Origin: Chlorokybus atmophyticus
Lineage: Eukaryota; Plantae; Mesostigma and Chlorokybus algae
DNA length: 64,000 nucleotides
Assembly (NCBI GenBank): GCA_009103225.1
Contig: RHPI01003369.1
Location: 1,640,017 to 1,704,016, forward strand
Direction of reading: 5' to 3'
Under the pieces are notes generated by a model, which had not been told where the DNA came from, searched no databases, and saw only the letters and a list, made by a program, of their open reading frames with translations. This document shows, piece after piece, positions 50,701-62,704 of this stretch (within the stretch, counting starts at the first letter, position 1; the number at the start of each line of letters is the position of its first letter). Both the position numbers and the translations under genes were made by a program.

Positions 50701-50977
50701 CCACTGCTCCCTCAGCTCACGCTGCTTTTACTCAACTCATGGACAGATTACTGGGTATTGCCTAACCTCTAACTGTTGTTGGTATGTGCAAGCACTGCAC
50801 GCTGATACACAATGTCAGAGTTGGTTGTCACTCTCACGATTTGCACTACTTTCATGCATGGTGTTGCAAGTGTTGAAAGGAATTTGATCACCATGTCTCC
50901 GTTTCGTGCAAGACATGTGTCTCATTATGAGAGTCTTTTGCAACGTGGCATTGCAATACATGTGGGAGGAATGACCG

Positions 50978-51107
50978 ACGCACCCATAGGGCTAGCCAAA
51001 GTCAGTCTCTGTCCCTTATTTATGTGAGAAGTACGGACCAAGTGAGGATTCCGCTCACACAAGCATGTGTAGTGCTTGTTGGGTGTGCTCATGCGGTCTA
51101 CTAGTAG
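50978..51107 (+). repeat. Hairpin repeat family, copy 2 (more diverged)
   Basis: GGGCTAGCCAAAGTCA...GGACCAAGTGAGGATTCCGC...ATGCGGTC...CTAGTAG aligns with 52215-52356 in direct orientation. Confidence 0.75.
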
Positions 51108-51112
51108 ATGAG

Positions 51113-51142
51113 CATAGGCTCAAGAGTACTCTTGAGCCTATG
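51113..51142. repeat. 30-bp perfect palindrome
   Basis: CATAGGCTCAAGAGT|ACTCTTGAGCCTATG. Confidence 0.95.
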
Positions 51143-52214
51143 AGGCCTTGGATATGATGAACTACTACTGTGATACAAAGGCAATGCAATGTGCTCGCCA
51201 CTTATAATGAGTGGCGAGCACATTGCTGATCATAGCCAATAGACATCATGTGATATACAGGGACATACGTGTGCATATGCGCGCATGCATATGTATGATG
51301 TCTGTAATTGTTAAGGCTGATGTGACAAGCCAAGGATGTTCACAATATCCGAGGCTGATGGGCGTGATCAGCCAGAGGCATAACGATGGTTCTGAGGCTG
51401 ATGTATGACATTCCCAATGCTAGAACGAGGTCAATGCAGCCACGACAAGGCAAGCCTTTGACATGGTTGCAGTTGTTCTAGGTCGGAGAGCAATAAAGGG
51501 GTATGTAAATGGTCCCAACAAGTGTTGAAACAGCTCGGCATGTGCATACTCGACTCTTGTGTGCGGGGTGCCTAGTTTAATTGTTCAAGGGCTCCCTGCA
51601 ATCTCATGTGGGGTGTGGTATCTGTGGCAGCTCTGCACGCGTAGAGCGTGCATGTGTATGTGTGGGAGCTGAGTAGGGGGGGGGTTGGTGCTTTCCTCAC
51701 CTTCCTGAGTGTGGTGCTGAGACTTCCCCTGCAAGACGCTACACTGTTGGTGCTGAGACTCCCAACTGTAAGTCATAGCTTGTAAATAAGCTTGCAAAGC
51801 CGTCCAACAAGCAAGTAGTATTCATCACATTGTGAACAGCGTCATGATAACCAAGTTCAACATTGCAAAGCGGAACGCATTATTTTCATGTATACAACAC
51901 ACAAACCACCTTGCTATGTACTTTTTGTTTTAATAACTATTTAAACTATTTAAACCATGCATTTGATATCGTGTATTATACATTACATAGTAGTACATCC
52001 AGTCGCTGCTGCACCTGCCCATTGCTGTTGCATTGCACAGCATTGCACGTATGCTAGTGCAGTAGGTGTAGTAGTGGTGGTTAAGTAAAAAGCTATACCC
52101 CTCGGTCAAATTTGCGCTGTGTATCTTGCTATCTATGTGCCCTGGTTGCTTGTGTTTCTGCCTTTGCATGTACTATTATGCTGTATACTTTAATACTTTT
52201 TCATGAAATTACTA

Positions 52215-52356
52215 TCACGCCCAAAGGGCTGGCGAAAGTCACTCTTAGTTCCTTACTTATGTGGTAAGTAAGAGGGACCAAGTGAGGATTCCGCATGCCA
52301 TGGTGTGTAGCACTTGGTATGTGTGCTTATGCGGTCAGTCCTTGTCTACTTAGTAG
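52215..52356 (+). repeat. Hairpin repeat family, copy 3
   Basis: Inverted match to 34998-35100 and direct match to 50978-51107; stem CTTACTTA-tgtgg-TAAGTAAG. Confidence 0.85.
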
Positions 52357-52564
52357 CTAGGGCTATGTAGCTGCACAAGACACTGTATATCAACACGCAC
52401 AGGGCTGTTCGGTGCCATATGCTCTGCATGACTTGTGGAGTGCCAGTGCAGTGACACTGGGGCAGCATGCGTGCTGCAAGTGGCAAATCGCAGGTCAGTC
52501 AAGCGATTTGCTAGTATGATCTGTTTGACAATCTCGAGGTTTGATAATCCTAAGGTTGATGTCT

Positions 52565-52923
52565 TGTGATGGGACAAGGCCTATGTGGACACAGTCAGCA
52601 TGTGCTGGCAGGTCAGCACACAGTGACAACGCCTTGGACCTTGGCAATGCTGTGTGCCAGGTCGGGAGAGCGGCAAGTGGTATAAAAGCTCGGTTGCTAC
52701 CTTGAGTAGAGATCGGAGTGTGTCCACCACTCAAGGGCCACTTGTGTGTGGGATTTGCTGGAGGGCTGGCGGTCATCCTCTCCTACCCGACTCAGATGCT
52801 GTGTCTTCCCTCCACGAGGTGCTGCACCAGGGTGTGTTGTGCATAAGTCCTTTGTGCTTGTGCTCAAGTTGGTGAGGCTCACTAGCGGGTAAGTGAGTGG
52901 TATCGTTACATTGGACTCGGAGC
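52565..52923 (+). mobile_element. Putative 5' LTR and PBS of the gag-bearing element
   Basis: TGTGAT... to ...TCGTTACA (52910) with internal TATAAAAG at 52681, followed by T-TGGACTCGGAGC-TTG, which resembles the TRIM junction ACA-T-TGGTCATCGGAGC-TTG. No partner LTR was found. Confidence 0.35.
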
Positions 52924-53092
52924 TTGGTTCCAAGCCTTGCATGCTTGCCTATCAGCTTGTGCACTTGCTGGACGGCGCATGTGTTGCATGGCGGTGTTCT
53001 CATGCTGATTATGCATGTAGTTGGTCACTCCAGCTGCAAGCACACTTGCATGCACGGTGTGGGCCATGTTATACGCTGATTTGTGCATTATT

Positions 53093-53228
53093 TGAGTGCG
53101 TGTTGCTGCATTTTGCTGCGTCTTGCTGCATACACGTCTGCACTTGCGCGTGTGAGTGCGTGTAGCTGCATTTTGCTGCGTCTTGCTGCATACACGTCTG
53201 CACTTGCGCGTGTGACTGCGTGTTGCTG
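53093..53228 (+). repeat. 60-bp tandem repeat (about 2.3 copies) in the gag leader
   Basis: TGAGTGCGTGTTGCTGCATTTTGCTGCGTCTTGCTGCATACACGTCTGCACTTGCGCGTG repeated with about 2 substitutions. Confidence 0.93.
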
Positions 53229-53274
53229 AATCCACGCTCATTACGTGCTTGTGCACGAGCAAAAACCATCGATA

Positions 53275-54272
53275 ATGGCTGACGGAGCTGCCAACGTTGC
53301 CTTGTCGCTGTCGCGGCTCAAGTTACGGAGCTGCAAAGCCAGGTCCAGGCCATGATGGCGGCCAACACGTCCATAAAGGAGCAGCACGACCAGCAGCTAG
53401 CCAAGTTGGTTGCTGCAAACGCCCATAAGATGATGCCTAGCCTCGAATTTTTCTCCGGCACCCATGACGGGAAAGGCAAGGATCTTGGCGTGGCCGTGCA
53501 TAATTGGCTATTCGGCTGTAAGCGTGTGTTGCATGCCGCAGAGGTGTTGCCTATGCATGAGGCCAAAGCGGTGTCGCTTTTGGCATCCTACTTGCGCGGC
53601 AGTGCTGCCCGCATGTGGGAGGGGGCTTCTCCACGTTTAGAGGCCGCTGACAAAGTTGTCACGAGCTTGGATGTGTTCGAGAGTGCTATGTTGCAGGCCT
53701 ACGGGGGTGTGAACCCGTCGCAGAAGGCGCGTGACAAGCTACGTCGCTTGAAAGTCAAGCCCAACCAGTCCATCGAGGACTTTACTGTCTACTTCGAGTC
53801 CGTGTGTGCCGAAGTTGGCCCCGACAAGCCTCTGTCTAAGGCAAAGAAAATGGACAAGTATTGGGCCGCCTTGCCGGAGGATACGGCAAAGCAATCAACC
53901 TTCAAGGAGAGACTTGAGTCCTTCACGCATGCCAACTGCGACTTGATGAAGCGCACGGCCGTTCAGAATGACAACAGCCAGCGCATGATCGACCAGGCCA
54001 AGAAGTTGACGATTGTCAACAATAACCAGCCCTCCTCGTCCACTCCCTCGGTGGGAGGTGGCAGTGGCAACAGCCGCAAGCGCGGCCGCCCTGACGGTAG
54101 AGGCTAGCAGCCCGCCCAGCTGATCAACAAGAAGCGTGCACTCAGCATCCCGGGTGTCACCGCGGAGCGCAAGGGCGCTCGCTTCAAGGCCGGCTTGTAC
54201 CTCAGGTGTGGGGAGAAAGGCCACCGTGTGGCGAACTGCCCCAAACCCTCCTCCGACAAGCCTGTAGCATAG
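53275..54272 (+). pseudogene. Ty3/gypsy-like gag (capsid plus degenerate zinc knuckle), no pol
   Basis: FSGTHDGKG...VHNWL...AVSLLASYLRGSAARMW...FESAMLQAYG...ARDKLRRLKVKPNQSIEDFTVYFE (retrotransposon gag pattern). Frameshift near 53310, in-frame TAG at 54105, then YLRCGEKGHRVANC (CCHC with the first Cys changed to Tyr), stop at 54270-54272. Confidence 0.8.
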
Positions 54273-55318
54273 GAATTCGGGGTGGAGAACTGTTGTAGTA
54301 GCCATGATCTGCGATTTGCCAACTCTGTGATTTATTCATAATGAGCTAAATGTATATATACAAACATGATGGTTTTTAATTACACTGACCTTTTATTCAC
54401 ACAAATTAATGAGCTTAAGATGGTAGAGGCTTACCATATGTGTGTCAGGTCATTTTTCTATAAAACCCTCATGTAATATGAACATATTGCTTGCATGTGT
54501 AAGTAATATGCGGCCATGAGAACCAACCAGAAAGACAACAACCATGCCACCGTTAAGTGATAGCCCCGAGAAGTCACTTCACGGGGCATAATTGCTTATG
54601 ATGACAGTTGTCGCAAAAATTTATGCCATTGTTGAATAACCAACAATATTAGCTAGAAACTTGCAGCGAGCACATTTTATGTTGGCATGTACATGCACAA
54701 TTATAAGGTATAAAATACATACTCATATGTATGAATTTATATCAAATTCATGCAATGCAAGCATAGCGTGCAAGCTCCGACATACATGAAAACAAAAAAA
54801 GCCATTTTGAGAACATATCAGGTTGCAGGCCGGGGGTAAAAGCGATTGTTCGGCCCAAAAAACGGCAAGGTGCAAAGTTAAATGATAGTCACATATTACA
54901 ATTACGATTTTAATGATACTATTATAGTTGCCATGCTTATCTGCTCGCCCCACGCATTTTCCCTCATGCCCTCACTAAAAACTCTGAAAACAAGCATGCG
55001 GCAAAGAGATTTGTTCGGCCACTGTTTGTCAGATATATGTACATGTGCAGTATTACCAAAGTAAAGGCAGATTAAGCATAAATTATGAAGCCATGGCTCC
55101 ATTTTCCATAATTACATTTTGTGCTGCTGTGTATATACAATGCGGTGCGTCTGGATTACAAGGGTTTTTACGAGCGACATGAACATCACAATGGCAGGCA
55201 TAACTTTTGCCAAATTATATAGTGTTAGCATTACACATGCTTATTAACACATTGTGCACACATCAGTGTCGACCGCATGCGATGTCTTACACGATATGTT
55301 GAACTATTTATTCAATAA

Positions 55319-55362
55319 AATTCTAGCATGCTTCAAGCATATGCTTGAAGCATGCTAGAATT
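55319..55362. repeat. 44-bp perfect palindrome
   Basis: AATTCTAGCATGCTTCAAGCAT|ATGCTTGAAGCATGCTAGAATT. Confidence 0.95.
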
Positions 55363-55819
55363 AAATATATTATAAATCTATATTTGTATATTTATGCAAT
55401 CTGGTACCATAAAGTCTTGCAACATGTAGGTGTGAAGAGCTTGATCCAAACCATGCGAATTCCACCAAGCTACCGGTAATACCGATACTTGCTGCAATGC
55501 TAACAATTGTTAGCTCCATTAAGCAGGTTTCGTGACCGTCACGCGTGATGGTGTCATGAAGAGACACGTGACCTATTCCCCCGCGGAAACCGTCAGTAAG
55601 TACAGCACAGTAGTAACGGCCGCAGAAAGAGTCCACGGCCAAGCTCGATATCACCTGCTGCTCCGCGCGAAACGGCGACAAGAGCCGCAACTGAGACGCG
55701 GATATCGATAATACCCCACGGACAGGCGCTGCGCGTTTGCTTCACTGCCGGCGTTGCTGTTGCTATTGTTGTTGTTGTTGTCGGCGGCGGCGGCAGCGCT
55801 GGCGCCGGCATTGTCAGCA

Positions 55820-58402
55820 ATGGGGTGGTGGTCGTTGCTGCCGGTGCTTGCGATTGCAACGCTAGCATTGTCGTTGCTGTCGCCATGCGCTTGTCAGCGC
55901 CTTAATGATGGTGGCAAACCTGGTGCAGTGCTGAGCGGTGGGTTGAGAGCTATTGCCTCAAACCCTAGAAGCATAGCGCTCCTGCCTAATGCTTGCTTGA
56001 GGAAAACACGACATACTCACAATTCTGTGACAACCACTGCGAGCGTTGAACAAGCGCAGGAAGATTACATTCGCATCATGACAGGTGAGAGACCATGCTT
56101 AATGCTCACACTGGAGCTCAGTTGCATGCACCTAAGTGAAGCACACAAACAGAGCCTGAGCAGTTAATACACTTATGGTATGTGATGTGCAGTTGTGTAT
56201 AGCAAAAGCGCGTACAGTTGACGTGTGTGAGCACACAGTTGCGAGTGCGTGCGCTGCTTCGTGCATGCAAGCCTGCGCACTCACACAGTGTTGTTCTGCC
56301 TCTCTCTCACCAGCTGCCAAAGGGGGCTGCAAGGCTGCTGAGTTGGCGAACCAGTTGAAGCAGATTGGCGGCGAGCATGTCAGGCACCATGCTCGCGTGG
56401 TGTCAGCCATTGTGCCAATGTCCGCCATCAACCAGGCATGCTGCTCATTGACGTATACATGCGAGCACACACGCGTGCACATGCACACACTTGCACATGC
56501 ATGAAAAAGTACACGTGCACGCGCAAGTGCACATGCGCGCACTGGCACACATTGACAACCGCACGCATGCGCGCACGCACATGGACATGCGCTTACGCAC
56601 ATGTCCGCTTGTACACAAACACATGCACACCCACAAGCACTGTGCATACCACGAGGTCAAAACTGACTCCTTCTCTCCCCCTCAGCTCAACGACTTGCCA
56701 TGCTTGCACCTCGCACGCGAAGAGCCAGTCACCACACACCAGGTACTTGATTGGATCATGTTGAGTTCACCACATCGCTCTTCACATGCTTGTTGGTCTT
56801 CCACCACATCACTCCTACAGGTGAACTTCCAAGGGGCACGCTCGATGTCGGTGAGCCGGGGTCTGCAGCAGTTGTCAATATCGGGCGCTAGGAAAGGACG
56901 CGAGGTGCGTGTGGGCATCCTGTCCGACAGCTTCAACTCCCTCGGCGGGTACTGTGACGACATCCTATCCAACGCCCTCCCTGGCGGCATCCACGTGCTG
57001 TCGGACCTCGTCCCAGGCAAGGTACACATGCATGCTTGGTCAGATGTGTGCGCGCGTGCGTGCGTGGGTACGACCCTCTGTGTGCACTCTCGCACGCAAG
57101 AGCATGTGTGCGTGTGCGCGCGCGCGCGCAAACGTGTGCATGTGCGTGTACATGTGCGTGTAAGTGCGTGGGTGTGAGTGTGTGTATACATGCGTGCATG
57201 CGTGCCTGCATGCAAGCGTGTTCCAGCAATGGGTCGCTTGCACACAGGACAGCGTTTCGGGCACGGACGAGGGCAGGGCGATGGCGCAGGTGGTGTACTC
57301 TGTGGCTCCGGGGGCGAGGCTGTCCTTTGCGACGGGGTTGAGGGGCCAGGCGGACTTTGCCAACAATATTCTCGCCCTAGCGCGCCCTTTCAAAGACGAC
57401 ATTGTTGATGATAACAATGACAACGAGGATGTGGATGTGGATGATTACCACGCCTGCCATGTGCTTGTTGACGATGTCAAGTACCATGGCGAGCCCATGT
57501 TCCAGGTTCATCAATGAACCAGTACCTGTGTTGCACTTGGTAGTGTGTGAGTGGCAGGCTGAGTCTTGTTGTGCATGCGTGCGTGTCATGCAGAATGGCA
57601 TTGTCGCTCAAGCAGTAAACGATGCCCGCAAACGATACAATGTTGCATACTTCAGCAGCGCTGGCAACCAGGGCTTCAACTCTTACCGCTCAGGTAAGAC
57701 ATATATGTCATAAGTGACAAATGCACATGCATGTACACATGCGCACCCGCGCGCATGTGCGTGCGCATGTGTGCGCCAGTAGGCATGTGCGTGCACATGC
57801 ATGCGTACGCAGGTGCATGTGTGTATGTAAGCGTGCAAGTATGCTTAGGTCACATGTACGCCCTGCACATAGTCATACGCACATGGGGCGTTTTCGTGTG
57901 TCTTCATGTGTACACACATACAAGCGCACACAGACGCACATTCACATACTAGCCCACCGCCATGCGTGCGCACATGTCAACTCGTTTTTCATGCCACTGA
58001 CAGATTTTGTGCCAAGTGGTGTAACGGGCAAGGCGGGCATGTTACACGCCTTCGGAAGCGCATGGAACGACACTATGCCAGTAGTCTACCAACAGTACAG
58101 CTTCGCTCCCGGCTTCACAACATTGGTGTTCCAGTGGGATGAGCCGTGGTTTTCAGTCAGTGGTAGGTTCGGAGCCGCGTGCAAAAGCGACATAGATATC
58201 CGCGTGAGCTTTGACCCAAGCGCGCCTGTCCAGTGGCTCGACGGGCTCGATGTTAACACTGGTAAGGACGCTATCGAATTTCTTCAAGTTCTCAACAATG
58301 ACGTCACTGCCCATGTCGTCGGCAACATCTCCATTGAGTGGGTCAGCGGGCCTCAACCAGGCGCAATCAAGTGAGTAAAGCTGCGTGTACGTGTGTGGGT
58401 GC

Positions 58403-58489
<87 letters not shown>

Positions 58490-59371
58490 TTATTTCAATG
58501 AGTACTTCAATGGGTACTTACACTCTCACTGCAAACTCACCACTGCAGGTACGTTGCGCTCGGGAGTACGGGCAGTGGCCCGTTGGACTTCGACACGCAG
58601 AGCGCGACATGTTTTGGGCACGCCAACGCGGGGGCCTCAGTGCCCGTCGGAGCGTACGCGTATTTTGACTCGAGGGCGTATGGCAATGGAAGGCCCTCAA
58701 GGGAAAACTTTTCAGCCGCTGTTGGGACACCCACACTTTTCTCGGACAACGGCACGAGGCTGGTCAATCCAAAAGTACACAAGAACCTACTCATGGCACC
58801 TGATGGCACAGGTACTGATATGTTGTTGGATGGGGTGGTTAGGATGTGGGTGTCTGGGTGTCAGTGTACTAGAGTGAGTGTGTGACAAGTTGTCCCCTCC
58901 CACAGATACCACCTTCTTGGGTGTCAAAGACAGCAATGGCAACAAGCAGCCGCAGTTTGTGGGCACGTCGGCTGCCGCGCCGCACGCAGCGGGAGTGGCG
59001 GCACTTCTCATTGGGGCTTCTGACGCGCCCCTCTCGCCGGAGGCTGTTGTCAAGGCCATGCAAGGCACTGCTGATGATATGGTAAGCTGCCAAAGCTCAC
59101 CACATGCACGCATGCGTATGTGCACGTGTGTCACATGTGCACATACGTATGCGCGCGCATACGCATGTGCGGCCGCAAGTGCACTCATGCATGCATGTGC
59201 GTGCATGCATGCATGCATGTGCTGTAGGTTGTGCCAAAGCTGACTGTTTTGCACCCGCAGGATGATCCAAGAACACCATGGTTCGACCGCAAATTTGACT
59301 ACGCTACAGGGTTCGGAGCGGTGAATGCAACCAGGGCGGCAGAGTACTTGTCAATTGTGTCTTGTTACTAG
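55820..59371 (+). CDS. Secreted subtilase of the bacterial S8/S53-like subgroup (about 10 exons)
   Basis: Signal peptide MGWWSLLPVLAIATLALSLLSPCAC; VRVGILSDSF (Asp 56926); TDEGRAMAQVVYSVAPGA (Glu 57269); VAYFSSAGNQG; beta-insert FQWDEP...DIDI; FGHANA...VGA; FVGTSAAAPHAAGVAALL (Ser 58968); FDYATGFGAVNA. Confidence 0.85.
58406..58487. repeat. (TG)41 microsatellite in a protease intron
   Basis: Read directly from the sequence. Confidence 0.97.
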
Positions 59372-60242
59372 CTGCGTCTTATTTTCTGGCGTAGATGTAA
59401 AGCATAGTGACTGTAGTGAGTGTAGTGATTGTGGTAGTTTGGGGATTGATGGTAGTCAGTTTGTAGTTTGCGTACAGCAGCGTGACTGAGCGGTCTGATT
59501 GTAGTTGGATGTAACGTAGCTCAAAGTGGCAATTGAAGCCAAGTGAAGGGTGGGTGAATGTTGCGTAGCGACTGAAGCAGCAGAATAGTTCACGGTGATG
59601 CATGGAAGTTGCGCCTTGCCCTACCTCAGCAAGTCTCCCGCAATCTCTGCAAGGCTTCCGCAATGCAATGCAAGCCATGCAACCAACCAATGAAGCCCCG
59701 CAGTGGATTGCATCACTAAATCTGCCAATCGATTGTTGTTGAGTCGATGAAATATCCTGTGCCACACTGAACGCTCTGAGCGGGGTGTCATGCATGTCGA
59801 CAAGATGGCGGTTGCAGCTGTGTACCGCAATCTCAGTGCCACATCCCCATGAGCTGATGGCGTGGACACAACATAATGGCCAGTACACAGGCGGACATAG
59901 TCATGGCAGCCACAACGGACGCTTGGTACTGTCCCTGTTGCTGGTATGTTGGGTGGTTGGCGTGTTGGTTAGGCATGATCAGGCTGTTACTGAACGTATG
60001 CATGCCGCTGTAATGTTAGTGTGGGTCCAGCACACACCATGTCGCGTACTGCTCCTCCCTCACAGCTGCGCTGTCATCACCGTACTCAGTACAGGTAGTT
60101 ACAGAGCATCTGTCGGTAGCAGCCCACCATAGCATCATTTGTATAATGCGTTTTTGGCATGCGTAGTAGTCGCACAGTTGTATCTGAGCAAACATGTATT
60201 CGGCACACGTACCCATGTGCACATGCTGCATTGCACTGCACA

Positions 60243-62390
60243 TCATATGGACTTTGGCAGCCCTGTTCTCCTATCAAGCAAAGCTGTTGCCTCATCTGCA
60301 GTAATGGATGGGCCTTCACCAACACGCGTGGATATCAAGTACCTAAGAGCGCCTAGATGCCTTTCACGTGGCTGCCACTTGTCTTGGACAGCCTCTGCTT
60401 GCTGTAACAATGCGTCGTCTCCAACATACCTGTTATTCACATGACTCCAAATTCAGCACACGCAACTTGACTGAAACTGCTGTACACAACTCACTTACTT
60501 GGACACAGTTGTGCCTTCCGAAGGAGGGAATGTTTCAAGCACCCGATGCAGCAGCTCCGGCATGTCCTGCTCTAACGCAAAGAGGACTGCGTTGGGCCCG
60601 GCATCAAACGTGTATATGGCCTGTCAAGACACAAACATCAGTCACACTATCGCTCGTGGGATAAGTGGTTATGCTGCTCTAGCTGAGCCAGTGAGTAAGT
60701 GCACACAGATGTGGGCACTAGCAACAACATGCACAGCTCACCGTAATTCGGTGCTTGTCTTTGTTCAATTGTTCCACTAGCTCAATCACCCTGCGGACCA
60801 GGTGCTTCGGTCATTGCCGAGAATGAAAGCGAGAAACATCGGTGCACATGCTTTCAAGCGCATGTGTGTGCGTATGGCTGCGCGCATACAGGCACACGTG
60901 GGTGCCCCAGCACGGAGGGGGGGGGGGGGGGGNTGCGTGTACGTGAAAGCACGCAAACGTGAGCGTATGTCTGTGTGTGTCAGCGCGCACGTGCACAAAC
61001 GGTCACGCTTGCGTGCGAGAACACCCACATGCGTCAATGCGCACGTTGACGCATTTGTGCATTGATGCAGGGTGTCTGGGTGCATGCATGTACGTGTAGA
61101 GAGAAAGCAAGCACCTGAGCGCATGCGTGCAGGTGGGTACACATGTGTGTGGGTGTACAAGTATGGGCGCATGCGGGTGCGTGCGTGCGTATGTGCATGC
61201 TTTGAGTGAAGTGTCAGCGGACAACGCACTGACTGTCTGGAGGTGTCGTTGAGGTAGAAGATGGGAGGGGCGGTGTCTAGACAAGTTGCATGAAACTGGT
61301 TGCTGTCTGCCGCTGTTAACGACCCAAAGCTGGTAAAGTCACGGTTCTGAATGGCCTGCTCCATTGCTGCCATGCGCTCCGGCACAATGTGCTGCCCAAG
61401 AACAACGAACAACATATTCAAACTCGTCACTGACATGCTGTATGCACTATTCTACAACTGTGTGTTGCCATGTCATGCATGGACACATACATAGACCTTG
61501 CAATGCTGCCATGCATGCATTCGGGCGTGTGTGTAAGCAAGCCAGATGTACCCATGCACCTCGCACATGGACAAGCATGTATGCTTTTGCAAGTACCCAT
61601 AACAACAACATGCTAAAAGTTTGGCGCGAAGCAGCACACATACCTTTGCACGGTGTGCGAGCAACGGGCTGGTCTGCACGGATCTGCGCATGCCATCTGA
61701 GCTGCTGGTGTCTTTGCGGCGGTCGCTGACGACGCAGATGAGGACTCGAAGGTCAGGCCAGTGGTGCTCATCGGCCACCTGCACAGCAATGCTGTCGCCG
61801 CCGTCGGCGGCAACGCCCACATCCCAGCGGACAAAACCCCCATACAGGCTGCGGCACGCACTGCCTGAACCCATGCGTGCAATGGCTGAGAGGGGGAGGC
61901 GGTGGTTTTGGTCGTTGCTGTCGTTGTTGTGGTCGCCAGCAACACCCAGGAGCTGCGCCACGCAGTAAACCAGGCCTGCCAGGCCGGCCGCAGAAGATGC
62001 CAGGCCGGCGGCAGTGGGGAAGCTGTTGGAGGAGGCCACGTGAAACTTGAGGTCAGGGCGGCCGGCTCGGGCCCGCAGGGCGTCCAGGCAGGCTCTGTGG
62101 CGGGGGTGGGCGGCCATGTCCAGCTCGCCCGACCCAGCCAGCCATATGCGGTCGCTGGAGAAGGAGGCGGAGGCGGTGGCGGACGTTGTGGCGGCCAGGC
62201 GGCCTGGGTCCAGCGTCACCGACAGCGACGAGTTCAGCGGCAGCACCAGCTTCTCATCCCGCTTGCCCCAGTACTTGATCACGGCAATGTTCGTCGGACA
62301 CCTCACCGTAACCACCTGCAGCTCCTCCTCACCCAGACCAGCGCCGCCATCCACCTCCACGACCGCCGCCGCCACCACCTCCGAGGCCAT
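60243..62390 (-). CDS. MVD: Diphosphomevalonate decarboxylase (5 exons: 62390-61644, 61391-61234, 60790-60742, about 60621-60500, about 60430-60243)
   Basis: [29 protein letters not shown]; [16 protein letters not shown]; [19 protein letters not shown]; [16 protein letters not shown]; [21 protein letters not shown]; [11 protein letters not shown]. Confidence 0.97.
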
Positions 62391-62472
62391 GTTGGCGGGA
62401 AAGTCACAAGCACTGTTGGGGTCCTCTTCTGGGGTTTTGCAGTCGGGTCCCAAACACCTAACTAAAGAGACC

Positions 62473-62515
62473 CAAATTGGTGGTCAATTGGGTCACCCAA
62501 TTGAGCACCAATTTG
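62473..62515. repeat. 43-bp near-perfect palindrome in the MVD/LeuRS bidirectional promoter
   Basis: CAAATTGGTG-G-TCAATTGGGT-C-ACCCAATTGA-G-CACCAATTTG (one G.G mismatch). Confidence 0.92.
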
Positions 62516-62704
62516 CACCCAGATATAGGGCTTCACTGTTGCTGAACACTTAGTTCACAAGGTTCAATGTTTTAGTAATCCAGCTGCACCTGTGCGTGTG
62601 GCCTGCATTGGAGCTACGTGGAGGCGTTGTCGGGCTGCTGGCGGCGGCGGGGGAGTGTGGTGGGGGTGGTGGCGCTGGGGGTATTGCCAGCGCCCTGCTG
62701 CAAC

